Below are positions 26,970 through 35,039 of a stretch of 35,039 bases of DNA, in pieces. Every line of letters begins with the position of its first letter. Within the stretch, counting starts at the first letter, position 1. The DNA comes from a virus (lineage: Duplodnaviria > Heunggongvirae > Uroviricota > Caudoviricetes), in IMG/VR virus record IMGVR_UViG_2660238349_000014. The stretch is one strand, 5' to 3'. The position numbers and the translations under genes were made by a program. A model generated the notes under the pieces. It saw only the letters and a program-made list of their open reading frames with translations, made no database searches and was not told the origin of the DNA.

Positions 26970-27977
26970 TTAAACCTCAGTCATCCACATTTCCCTAAAT
27001 TCTTCAGGTACATTACGTAGGGTGATAATATTTGTTTCCGGATCATAATCAATATAGCCTTCAGTTTTCCCTTCCCGGTCAAACTTAAGTTCCCAATATT
27101 TAGACTTGCCTTTAAAAGATACCAGAGCCCGAATGACTCGACCATCAGGAACGAAGCCATCCGATAACTCCAACTCTTCAGCAGCAAGTTTACCAGATAA
27201 CTCCTCGGGAGCCTGGGGCCAAATGGCATTAACAAGGGTTTCAAGACTAAGTGGTTCACCAGCCTTACTTAGTGCATGTAAGTGTTCAAACGCACTCTTA
27301 AGAAATGCATCTTTTTCAGCGCCGTCAAGTCCTTTCTCTGCCGCAAATGCTTTTAAAACGTCACGTAACTTTTCAGACTCTCGTTTGGCGATTAAGACAT
27401 CATTACAGCCTAGGAACTGTTTAAAATAGTTTGAAACATTACCTTGCCCCTTAAGAAAACTGATATAGCGCTCTGCGCCACTTTCCCACGCGGTTAAGTC
27501 AATGCGCCCAGCCATACGCAGCTTAGCAATATCAAGATAGGTACTATCTTGGATGTTAAAATCATCTGTGACAGTGGACCCAATGGTAGCGCTTACAATA
27601 GCTATCAACAGGTGTTCATTGTGTCCTATCACGATATTTGCAAAAAGAACATAACCACCAGTAGCCATGTTTTCTCGCTGAGAACGTTCCGTCAGGTGAT
27701 GCATCATTCGGCAGGAACTTTGGTAGAAATCATCAACACCTTCGAGAAAGTCCCCAGCCATTCGTTCCATAGGATAGTTATCCGTATCGCCTTCAAAATA
27801 GCCATAACCTTTACCTGTGCGTCCTGCATATTTTGCACAAATATCGTTTATAAGGCGCTGAGAGGCTTCAGTAACTAGACCTTCTTCAGGACTCAATCTC
27901 TCAGAAGCGTCTCCATTTTGTTGTTTGTCTAAAATGTGAACTACAACGTGTTTAACTTCAATGGTCTGCTCAGACAT
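26970..27977 (-). CDS. NdpA/YejK-like nucleoid-associated protein homologue
   Basis: 335 aa. Motifs GGYVLF, LLIAIVS, YLDI, RIDLTAWE and RYISFLKG match, from memory, conserved blocks of E. coli YejK (also ~335 aa). Strong RBS AAGGTGGA before the ATG at 27977. Confidence 0.6.
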   Translation of the reverse strand: MSEQTIEVKHVVVHILDKQQNGDASERLSPEEGLVTEASQRLINDICAKYAGRTGKGYGYFEGDTDNYPMERMAGDFLEGVDDFYQSSCRMMHHLTERSQRENMATGGYVLFANIVIGHNEHLLIAIVSATIGSTVTDDFNIQDSTYLDIAKLRMAGRIDLTAWESGAERYISFLKGQGNVSNYFKQFLGCNDVLIAKRESEKLRDVLKAFAAEKGLDGAEKDAFLKSAFEHLHALSKAGEPLSLETLVNAIWPQAPEELSGKLAAEELELSDGFVPDGRVIRALVSFKGKSKYWELKFDREGKTEGYIDYDPETNIITLRNVPEEFREMWMTEV

Positions 27978-28047
27978 TGGCTATCCACCTTATTTTTTAT
28001 TGCTTAATGGCAAATAATTTCTGCTATATGTTCTCGTTAGGAACACA

Positions 28048-28455
28048 TTAACCCACATTTTTTAACCGCTCAATCGTTGCGGATAATTCCTTCAGTTGTT
28101 TTTCCATCTCAATCACACGCTGTTTTTCTTCAGCGCCTCGCATGAGATCTCGCCGAACCTCAGGATCTAACTGGTTTAGAAGTTCAAGCATTTTAAGGTC
28201 TGACGGGCTGAATTGATGTTGTGTTGGTACAGCAACAATTTCTTTAGATGGAATATGTTCTTTACCGGTAAGTAGCCAATCGATTGATACACCCAAATGG
28301 GTACTTAGCGCAACAAGAGCCTCTGCGTTTGGTTCTCTCTCTCCACGCAAATAGTTTTGAAGTGAGCGATATGGAATTTTTGATAAGTCAGATAATGCCT
28401 TTATTGTCATGCCATTAGCATCCATCACTTCACGCAATCTCTCTTTTGTACTCAT
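28048..28455 (-). CDS. CI-like prophage repressor (XRE-type HTH, no peptidase domain)
   Basis: Start set to the Met of MSTKERLREVMDANGMTIKALSDLSKIPYRSLQNYL... Classic HTH followed by a coiled C-terminus. Divergent from the ner-like gene. Confidence 0.7.
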   Translation of the reverse strand: MSTKERLREVMDANGMTIKALSDLSKIPYRSLQNYLRGEREPNAEALVALSTHLGVSIDWLLTGKEHIPSKEIVAVPTQHQFSPSDLKMLELLNQLDPEVRRDLMRGAEEKQRVIEMEKQLKELSATIERLKNVG

Positions 28456-28471
28456 TTGAACATATCTCAAT

Positions 28472-28499
28472 TTGACACACTCATTTGGGTGTGTACAAT
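28472..28499 (+). promoter_or_regulatory. sigma70-like early promoter overlapped by an operator-like inverted repeat
   Basis: TTGACA (28472..28477), 16-bp spacer, TACAAT (28494..28499), about 45 bp upstream of the ner-like ATG. Inverted repeat ACACAC (28475..28480) / GTGTGT (28489..28494). Confidence 0.6.
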
Positions 28500-28543
28500 A
28501 GACCCAATAGAGTACATCATAACCTAACAGGAACACGGTGCAT

Positions 28544-28768
28544 ATGAACAAACAACAAGTTCGGGCACGGCTGGTTGAACGAGGCAGTAGCTTGCGCCAG
28601 TTCGCGCTTAACGCGGGCTATGAACCACGAACAGTCACCCAGGCAGTCAGTCGCTGGGCTGGTAAAAGTGAACTACCTCGCGGTCGTTTGACTTATCGGA
28701 TTTTGCGAGATCTATCGGTTGCAATAGGTAAAGAAGTTACCCCCGGTATCCTTAAGGAGGCGTCATGA
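28544..28768 (+). CDS. Ner-like / Cro-like DNA-binding protein
   Basis: About 75 aa. SLRQFALNAGYEPRTVTQAVSRW resembles the Mu Ner family pattern. First gene of the rightward early operon, divergent from the repressor. Confidence 0.6.
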   Translation: MNKQQVRARLVERGSSLRQFALNAGYEPRTVTQAVSRWAGKSELPRGRLTYRILRDLSVAIGKEVTPGILKEAS

Positions 28769-29073
28769 ATAAACCAAATACATCAAGCTCAGGTATCCGT
28801 ATTTTGCGCGTTCTTAAGGCCTTACGTGGCCACGCTTTGAACGGTGTTTCTAACGGGGAACTAGCGGTTGCACTGCACGAATCACCGGCAAACATCAACC
28901 GGGCACTTAACACGCTCATTGAAGAAGGGTTGGCTCTGAAACTAGAAAACGGGCGTTTCGCACCAGGCATCCAGTTGCTGCAGATCGCCATGGCCCACAG
29001 TAACGAGATGGCACGTGCACAGGATCGCATTAACGAAATCAACCAACGTGTTATTTCAGGTAGTCGTTTGTAA
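28765..29073 (+). CDS. putative winged-helix DNA-binding protein
   Basis: 102 aa. NGELAVALHESPANINRALNTLIEEGLA looks like a helix-turn-helix. 4-bp overlap with the ner-like stop. Confidence 0.4.
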   Translation: MNKPNTSSSGIRILRVLKALRGHALNGVSNGELAVALHESPANINRALNTLIEEGLALKLENGRFAPGIQLLQIAMAHSNEMARAQDRINEINQRVISGSRL

Positions 29074-29083
29074 GGAGTAATCA

Positions 29084-29995
29084 ATGGGACGCACCAAATC
29101 ACCGGTTAGCACTGAACTGAACGTCGAGGTACCGCTGTCGGATGATCTCAATGTCAGTCTAAACGCCATGACACAGCATCGCATGGAAATCATGCAACAG
29201 TTCGGCGATGGTCTGCCTTATGAGCGCGATCGTGTTGTCCATGAGGCACGCTTTTATATGGCACAGAGCGCTGAGGCCATGCTGGAGGCAGGTAAGCGGC
29301 TGATAATCCTTAAGGAAAATGAACCACACGGGGAGTTTATAAAGATTCTTGAAAGTGAGTTGGGGCTGGCATACCGGACATCTGTGAGAATGATGCAAGC
29401 ATCGACAAAATACTTATCCCCGGCGCTGAAACCAAATGTGCCAACGTTGGCACATTTGGGAAAAGCCAAACTTTTCGAATTAATGACAGAAGACGACGAA
29501 GAGCTTGCCGAACTGGCCGACGGCGGCACAGTTGCCGGCCTGACGCTTGACGACGTTGATCGCATGTCAGTACGCGAACTTCGCCAGGCCCTGCGCGAAG
29601 CGCGCGAAACCAACGCAGCACAACAGCGCGTACTCGCCGATAAAAATGAAAAAATTGATTCTCTCTCTACCAGACTGGAAAAGAAATCCCGTATTCAGCT
29701 GCCTGAGCCTGATGAGGAGGTTAAGAAGCTGCGGGCGGAAGTGACAGCATTAGCGGTTGAGGCGGAATCTGCNATCGCCGTTCGACTGTCCAGCGCTTTT
29801 GAGACNCTGTGCGCATATTGTGCTGAAAACATGATTGATACCCCCAGAGACTTCATGGCAGGNCTGGTCTGTCAACTGGAAAGCACAGCGCGTAGCCTGC
29901 GCTCCACATTTGACCTGCCGGANGAGCCAACAGGCNATGNCGCGCCTTCATGGCTGACTGAGCCGACGCCACAGATTAACGGGCTGGAGGCATAA
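29084..29995 (+). CDS. hypothetical early protein
   Basis: 303 aa, charged and helical, several ambiguous codons. No motif recognised. Confidence 0.4.
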   Translation: MGRTKSPVSTELNVEVPLSDDLNVSLNAMTQHRMEIMQQFGDGLPYERDRVVHEARFYMAQSAEAMLEAGKRLIILKENEPHGEFIKILESELGLAYRTSVRMMQASTKYLSPALKPNVPTLAHLGKAKLFELMTEDDEELAELADGGTVAGLTLDDVDRMSVRELRQALREARETNAAQQRVLADKNEKIDSLSTRLEKKSRIQLPEPDEEVKKLRAEVTALAVEAESXIAVRLSSAFEXLCAYCAENMIDTPRDFMAXLVCQLESTARSLRSTFDLPXEPTGXXAPSWLTEPTPQINGLEA

Positions 29996-29998
29996 CCA

Positions 29999-31768
29999 AT
30001 GAATGCTGCCCTGACTGAACGACTGGTTTATGTCGCCCGCGCGGCACGTGACGCGGGGCATGGTAAACGCGGTGCAATATACGACGCTGCCTGTGCTGAA
30101 CTTGGCATGTCCCGCGCCACTCTGCTGCGCAGGCTGAAGGAGGTCTCTGTGACTGATAAACGCAAAAAACGCGCNGATGCCGGNCGCAGCGCCCTGACCC
30201 GCGACGAAGCCGCGCTGATATCTGCCACACTGCGTGAGGCCACCCGCAAGAACGGTAANCGNCTCTATTCCATCGCAGATGCAGTGGAAACCCTGCGGGC
30301 TAACGGCTTTATCACCGCAGGCAGAACAGATGAAACCACCGGTGAGTTTTTCCCGTTGTCTGAAGATGCCATCAGCCGTGCNCTGCGTAACTATGGCCTG
30401 CACCCGGAACAACTGGATGCNCCTGCACCGCATACCGAAGTGGCCAGTCTGCANCCCAATCATGTCTGGCAGATTGACGCCTCACTCTGCACGCTTTACT
30501 ACCTGAGCAATGGACATAAAGGGCTGCAGGTGATGGACAGCGCGAAGTTCTACAAGAACAAGCCCGCTAACCTTGCCCGTATCGCCAGTGACCGCGTGTG
30601 GAGTTACGAGATTACCGACCATGCCAGCGGCTGGATTTACGTTGAGTATGTGACGGGNGCGGAATCNGGTGAGAACCTGTGTTCTGTGCTTATCAACGCC
30701 ATGCAGGAGCGTGGCGGCGCAGACGTGCTGCACGGCGTGCCNAAAATACTCTATCTCGACCCCGGCTCGGCAAACACCGCGGGTATGACGAAAAACATGT
30801 GNCGCTCACTGGGCATCGACCTGATAGCGCACAAGCCGCATAACGCCCGCGCCACCGGACAGGTGGAAAAGGCGCGNGACATTATCGAACGCAAGCTGGA
30901 GCCGGGTCTGAAGTTCCGGCCGGTTCACAGTCTGGAAGAACTCAANGCGCTGGCCGCGAAATGGCGCAGCCACTTTAACGCCACGGCTGTTCACAGCCGC
31001 CACGGTAAAACCCGCACGGATATCTGGCTGAAGATTACTGCTGAGCAGCTGAAAAAAGCGCCTTCCGTTGAGGTATGTCGTGAACTGGCTGTGGCGGCAC
31101 CAGAACTCCGCAAAGTCACGCCAAAACTTCGTGTCTCGTTCCGGGGCACTGAATTTGACGTATCAACGGTACCGGGCGTACTGGTCGGTGAAAAACTGAT
31201 GATTACCCGTAACCCGTGGCGCAGCGATGTGGCACAGGTGGTTCTGACCGGTGAGGACGGCCACGAGACGTTCTTCCTGGTCGAAGANGTCAGAAAGAAC
31301 GAGTTTGGCTTTGCTGAAGGCGCGGCGGTATTTGGCGAAAGTTACAAAGCCCTGCCGGAAACCCCGGCGCAGATGGCGGCAAAAGAAACCGAAGNGCTGG
31401 TCACCGGTACAGACAACGCCGCAGATGCAGCTGCCGCACGCAAGGCGAAGGCGCTGCCGTTCGGCGGGCGGCTTGACCCNTATAAACATATTGATGACGC
31501 CACACTTCCGGCCTATATGCCGAAGCGAGGTCAGGCCTCTGACGTACGCGGGCCGCGCACTGAACAACGTCCCATGACTCATGTGGAGGCCGCGAAAGCC
31601 CTGCGCGNNAAGTTCAGCGCCNACGGCCTTACCTGGACGCCGGAACATTACCGCCAGTTAACGGCACAGTANCCGGACGGCGTACCGGAAGCNGCACTGG
31701 ATGAAGTCATGGCCACGCTGACCACGCCGGCCCGCAGCAGCGTTATCAGCATTGTTAACGGCAACTNA
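29999..31768 (+). CDS. DDE transposase (Mu A-like)
   Basis: Integrase-type core around HVWQIDAS... and YLDPGSANTAGMT. End set at the in-frame tna codon at 31766..31768, assumed to be a stop masked by n, since a good RBS and ATG for the next gene follow. The listed ORF runs to 31855. Confidence 0.65.
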
Positions 31769-31778
31769 GGAGGGANAC

Positions 31779-32945
31779 ATGCTGGTACTGAAGCAGCAAC
31801 TGAAAGAGGCCCGTATTCCACAGGCGGTGGTGGCGAGAGCTGTCGATGTTTCTGAGGCCACGCTGGCCCAGATTGTGAATCATAACGCGTGGCCCCGCAC
31901 CAGCCCCGGAGAAGTGCGCCGGCGTCTTGCGTCCTGGCTGGAAAGTCAGGGGATTGATACANCGAAGAGTTTTGATGCTGTACAGGGCGCGGCCACGCCC
32001 CGTACAGCGGGTACCACAGATAAAACGAGCCTCAGTGAGGAAGAGAATATGTTACTCAAAAAACAGGTGTTATTTCCAGCAACCAAAAAAGCGTTTGGTC
32101 TTTTCCGTGACCCGTTCGCCGACGAAGCCATGCAGGGTTCTGATGATGTGTTCACCACTCCGGACATTCGCTACGTGCGTGAGGCGCTGTACCAGACAGC
32201 CCGTCATGGTGGGTTTATGGCCGTCATCGGTGAGTCCGGTGCGGGTAAATCCACGCTGCGCCGTGACCTGACTGAACGTATCAACCGCGAGAATGCGCCG
32301 GTGATTGTTATCGAGCCATACATCATCGCTATGGAAGACAACGATGTGAAAGGGAAAACCCTGAAGGCAGCAGCGATTGCCGAAGCCATTATCAGTACCA
32401 TCGCACCACTGGAAAGCATCAGACGCAGTCAGGACGCCCGCTTTCGCCAGCTGCATCGCGTCCTGAAAGACAGCCGCCAGGCGGGGTTCAGCCACGTTCT
32501 GGTGATTGAGGAAGCCCACAGTCTGCCCGTTCCGACACTGAAACACCTCAAACGCTTTTTTGAGCTGGAGTCCGGTTTCAAAAAACTGCTGTCCATCGTG
32601 CTGATTGGCCAGCCGGAACTGGCGACAAAACTGTCTGAACGCAATATGGAAGTCCGTGAAGTCGTTCAGCGCTGTGAGGTGGTCGAACTTCTGCCTCTCG
32701 ACAATAACCTTGAAGAGTTTCTGACGTTCAAACTGCAACGGGCCGGTAAACAACTGACGGACATTATGGACGCCGGCGCAGTGGATGCCATACGTGCCCG
32801 CCTGAGCAATCCGGGAAGTCATCGTAAAAACAGGGTCAGCCTGCTGTATCCGCTGGCCGTCAGTAACCTGGTGATAGCCGCCATGAATCTGGCCGCTGAA
32901 ATCGGGGTTCCACAGGTCAACGCTGACGTTGTCAAAGGGGTTTAA
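31779..32945 (+). CDS. transposition ATPase (Mu B-like AAA+ protein)
   Basis: Walker A GESGAGKST. Start at the ATG at 31779, preceded by AGGAGGGA. Immediately downstream of the transposase. Confidence 0.65.
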   Translation: MLVLKQQLKEARIPQAVVARAVDVSEATLAQIVNHNAWPRTSPGEVRRRLASWLESQGIDTXKSFDAVQGAATPRTAGTTDKTSLSEEENMLLKKQVLFPATKKAFGLFRDPFADEAMQGSDDVFTTPDIRYVREALYQTARHGGFMAVIGESGAGKSTLRRDLTERINRENAPVIVIEPYIIAMEDNDVKGKTLKAAAIAEAIISTIAPLESIRRSQDARFRQLHRVLKDSRQAGFSHVLVIEEAHSLPVPTLKHLKRFFELESGFKKLLSIVLIGQPELATKLSERNMEVREVVQRCEVVELLPLDNNLEEFLTFKLQRAGKQLTDIMDAGAVDAIRARLSNPGSHRKNRVSLLYPLAVSNLVIAAMNLAAEIGVPQVNADVVKGV

Positions 32946-32947
32946 TA

Positions 32948-33217
32948 ATGAAATCCATCACAGGTATCAACCAGCAAATCAGCAAAGTGCAGTCAGCCAT
33001 TATGGCGCTTATGGCAACGAACACGGATGTACAAAGCATCACCATCAGGGGCAATAAACCTGTCATCCGCGTTTCCCGGAGTGCGCATTGCATGCGCATG
33101 CTTGAACAGGGGAAAGCCAGTTATCTGTATACCGGTCATGACCACAGGGGACATTTCCGTCAGGGCGTTTTCGAACTGCACGGCTGTCGCGTCGTGTGGC
33201 CGGAATCTTTGTGGTAA
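32948..33217 (+). CDS. hypothetical protein
   Basis: 89 aa, starts 3 bp after the ATPase stop. Confidence 0.35.
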   Translation: MKSITGINQQISKVQSAIMALMATNTDVQSITIRGNKPVIRVSRSAHCMRMLEQGKASYLYTGHDHRGHFRQGVFELHGCRVVWPESLW

Positions 33218-33244
33218 TCAGCACAACCGGAGAAATCATAAAAT

Positions 33245-33775
33245 ATGGCAAAAAGTACAAAAGGGGCAAAACGTATCAAGTCCGCAGCGGCACTCTGGGT
33301 ACCGGGGACACGCGAAGAGGTCATTGAGGGCATCAGACTGCTCGGTGACGCACAACGTGAACTGGTCAGGGCTGAAACAGAAATGAATGACGCCATTGGC
33401 GATATCACCGCACGTTATGCCCCGCTCACCGAGAGCCTGAAAAAACGCATGTCAGAACTGCAGTCCGGTATCCAGACATGGTGTGAGGCACACCGTGATG
33501 AACTGACCGGCAACGGGAAGGTGAAGTTCGCTAACCTCACCACCGGCGAGGTGCAATGGCGAAACCGTCCGCCATCAGTCAGTATCCGTGGAGCGGATAA
33601 TGTTATTGAACTACTGAGACGTCTGGGGCTTGAGCGCTTTATTCGTGTAAAAGAGGAAATAAATAAAGATGCCATTCTGAATGAAAAAGAGGCCGTGAAA
33701 AATATTCCCGGCATTACCATAAAAAGTGATATTGAGGATTTTTCAATAATTCCTTTTGAGCAGGATGTGCAGTAA
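33245..33775 (+). CDS. gam: Gam-like host nuclease inhibitor
   Basis: 176 aa. Size, sequence character and position after the A/B genes match the Mu Gam family. Confidence 0.7.
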   Translation: MAKSTKGAKRIKSAAALWVPGTREEVIEGIRLLGDAQRELVRAETEMNDAIGDITARYAPLTESLKKRMSELQSGIQTWCEAHRDELTGNGKVKFANLTTGEVQWRNRPPSVSIRGADNVIELLRRLGLERFIRVKEEINKDAILNEKEAVKNIPGITIKSDIEDFSIIPFEQDVQ

Positions 33776-33872
33776 ACACACCACGTTAATTATTTAATAA
33801 AAACATTTTCTTTTTTATTCCGGCGTCAGCGCCGTGGGCTTCTGCACGCCGGAAACAGAGGAGAATTAAATT

Positions 33873-34067
33873 ATGATATTTAAATGTATTCAGTGCGAGA
33901 GGGATATAACAGCCCTGCGTTTTCACAGCGCCATCGCCGTGATGTCCGGTAAATACCACGTACCTGCAGTACGCGTCACCCTGGTCTGTCCGTACTGCAG
34001 TCAGCATTTTTCGGCAGATGTGCCCGTTATGGAATTCTCCCGCCCTGACAGGGAGGAAGCGCAATGA
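33873..34067 (+). CDS. small zinc-ribbon protein (possibly Com-like)
   Basis: 64 aa with two Cys pairs, CIQC and CPYC. 4-bp overlap with the next gene. Confidence 0.4.
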   Translation: MIFKCIQCERDITALRFHSAIAVMSGKYHVPAVRVTLVCPYCSQHFSADVPVMEFSRPDREEAQ

Positions 34068-34336
34068 TTACCCCACAGGAAGCACATCAGCGCACCCGCG
34101 CCCTTGTTGAACGGTATCTCAACGAGTGTGAATGCCGTGACCTCACCGATATCATGTGCGCCCTGACGGCGTTAATCAGCATGGCCACGCAGGCCATTGT
34201 GGCGACTAACGGAAAGGAGGCCGCCCTGCAGATACTAGTGAACACACTCACCCACGCGGCAGAGCACGAGGTGCCGTACCGGATGGAAATCACTGCAGAA
34301 GGCGACCTGCACATCATTGTTGACCGGAAGCACTGA
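34064..34336 (+). CDS. hypothetical protein
   Basis: 90 aa, coupled to the zinc-ribbon gene. Confidence 0.35.
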   Translation: MITPQEAHQRTRALVERYLNECECRDLTDIMCALTALISMATQAIVATNGKEAALQILVNTLTHAAEHEVPYRMEITAEGDLHIIVDRKH

Positions 34337-34345
34337 GGGCGCGGC

Positions 34346-34642
34346 ATGACACGGAACACCATACTCACCCGCACCGCCCTCTACCGTCTGGCCCTGCAGC
34401 GTTTCGGGCCGGACGCACAGGCCCTGAAACTGACAGAAGAGGCCGCTGAACTGGCGGCCAGTGCTGCCCGCAATCTGAACGGACAGGGCAGCGAAAGCGA
34501 CCTCGCGGCAGAGCTGGCAGACGTGGAAATCATGACAGAGCAATTGCGCCTTCAGGGGATGGACCGGCTGATTGACTTCCACAAACAGAAAAAACTGGAA
34601 CGTCTGGCTGCACGACTGGGCGTGATTTACACGAACGAGTAA
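34346..34642 (+). CDS. MazG-like nucleotide pyrophosphohydrolase domain protein (tentative)
   Basis: 98 aa with EEAAELAASA and AAELADVEIMTEQL, reminiscent of the MazG/HisE fold EExxEL...ELADV signature. Confidence 0.4.
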   Translation: MTRNTILTRTALYRLALQRFGPDAQALKLTEEAAELAASAARNLNGQGSESDLAAELADVEIMTEQLRLQGMDRLIDFHKQKKLERLAARLGVIYTNE

Positions 34643-34656
34643 CCGGGAGGCATTCA

Positions 34657-34872
34657 ATGGCTGACATACTCAGGGAAATCACCGCATGGATACTGATTCT
34701 TACTGGCCTGGCGACATGCCTCAGTGCGGGGGCAGCCCTGGCTGCCCTGCTGATGCACATAACAACACAGTGGTTATGGGAAAAGCTTAAAGCAGCATAC
34801 AGCCTGAAAGAGCTGTCCGACGCTGTCCGGGCATGGAAACGGCAGAAAAATACCGGAGATACAGAACAATGA
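34657..34872 (+). CDS. small membrane protein
   Basis: 71 aa with one hydrophobic helix (ITAWILILTGLATCLSAGAALAALLM). Confidence 0.35.
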   Translation: MADILREITAWILILTGLATCLSAGAALAALLMHITTQWLWEKLKAAYSLKELSDAVRAWKRQKNTGDTEQ

Positions 34873-35039
34873 CAGACCAGAATAAACACATTGAGAAACT
34901 GAAAAAGTTGCTGGCGCTGGCCGCATCCGGCAACCCGCACGAGGCCGCTCTGGCACTGCGCCGAGCCCGTAAACTGATGGATGTTCACGGCATCACACAT
35001 TCCGACATTGCTATGAGTGATATTGATGAAACCATCAGT
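34869..35039 (+). CDS. hypothetical protein, truncated by the window edge
   Basis: ATG at 34869 overlapping the previous stop. Open to the end of the window (MTDQNKHIEKLKKLLALAASGNPHEAALALRRARKLMDVHG...). Confidence 0.3.
   Translation, partial: MTDQNKHIEKLKKLLALAASGNPHEAALALRRARKLMDVHGITHSDIAMSDIDETIS

Noticed and set aside
28456-28551. N-terminal extension of the repressor ORF (MFICTVFLLGYDVLYWVYCTHPNECVKLRYVQ)
   Set aside because: It would run through the divergent promoter and operator region. The internal Met at 28455 begins a canonical HTH, so the extension is treated as non-coding.
29084-29995. 303-aa early protein as a possible DNA invertase for the fibre cassettes
   Set aside because: Too large, and no resolvase-like N-terminal catalytic domain. 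The invertase is expected beside the cassettes, beyond the left edge.
33776-33872. GC hairpin (CGGCG-TCAG-CGCCG) after gam as a rho-independent terminator
   Set aside because: The T-rich run precedes rather than follows the stem on the plus strand, and the minus side is A-rich, so it does not fit a canonical intrinsic terminator.
1-35039. Tyrosine integrase and attachment site, tRNA or rRNA genes
   Set aside because: No integrase-like ORF and no tRNA-like or rRNA-like sequence was recognised. The element carries a DDE transposase and B-like ATPase, consistent with transposition rather than site-specific integration.

Overview
This window reads as most of a Mu-like transposable prophage; all functional calls come from reading the ORF translations against remembered protein families, with no database search run. 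Minus strand, about 24.8 kb down to 1.5 kb, is a late operon in Mu gene order: holin, SLT endolysin, embedded spanin pair, terminase, portal, head genes, sheath, tube, chaperone, tape measure, baseplate, tail fibre and tail-fibre assembly. The left 3.1 kb is a multi-cassette tail-fibre switching locus: five alternative C-terminal cassettes, each preceded by a 26-bp hix/gix-like invertase crossover site, in two opposed orientations. The invertase gene itself is not in the window. Plus strand, 28.5 to 35 kb, is the early region: Ner-like regulator, DDE transposase, MuB-like ATPase, Gam and small genes. Between the two lies a divergent control and accessory region: an orphan Dam-type methyltransferase, and a CI-like repressor followed on the same strand by an AT-richer gene pair (NdpA/YejK-like protein plus a C-terminally membrane-anchored protein). 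That pair is the best candidate here for an undescribed prophage-encoded exclusion or defence module. Ambiguous bases (n) are scattered through the window, most densely between about 15 and 32 kb, so gene boundaries there are provisional.
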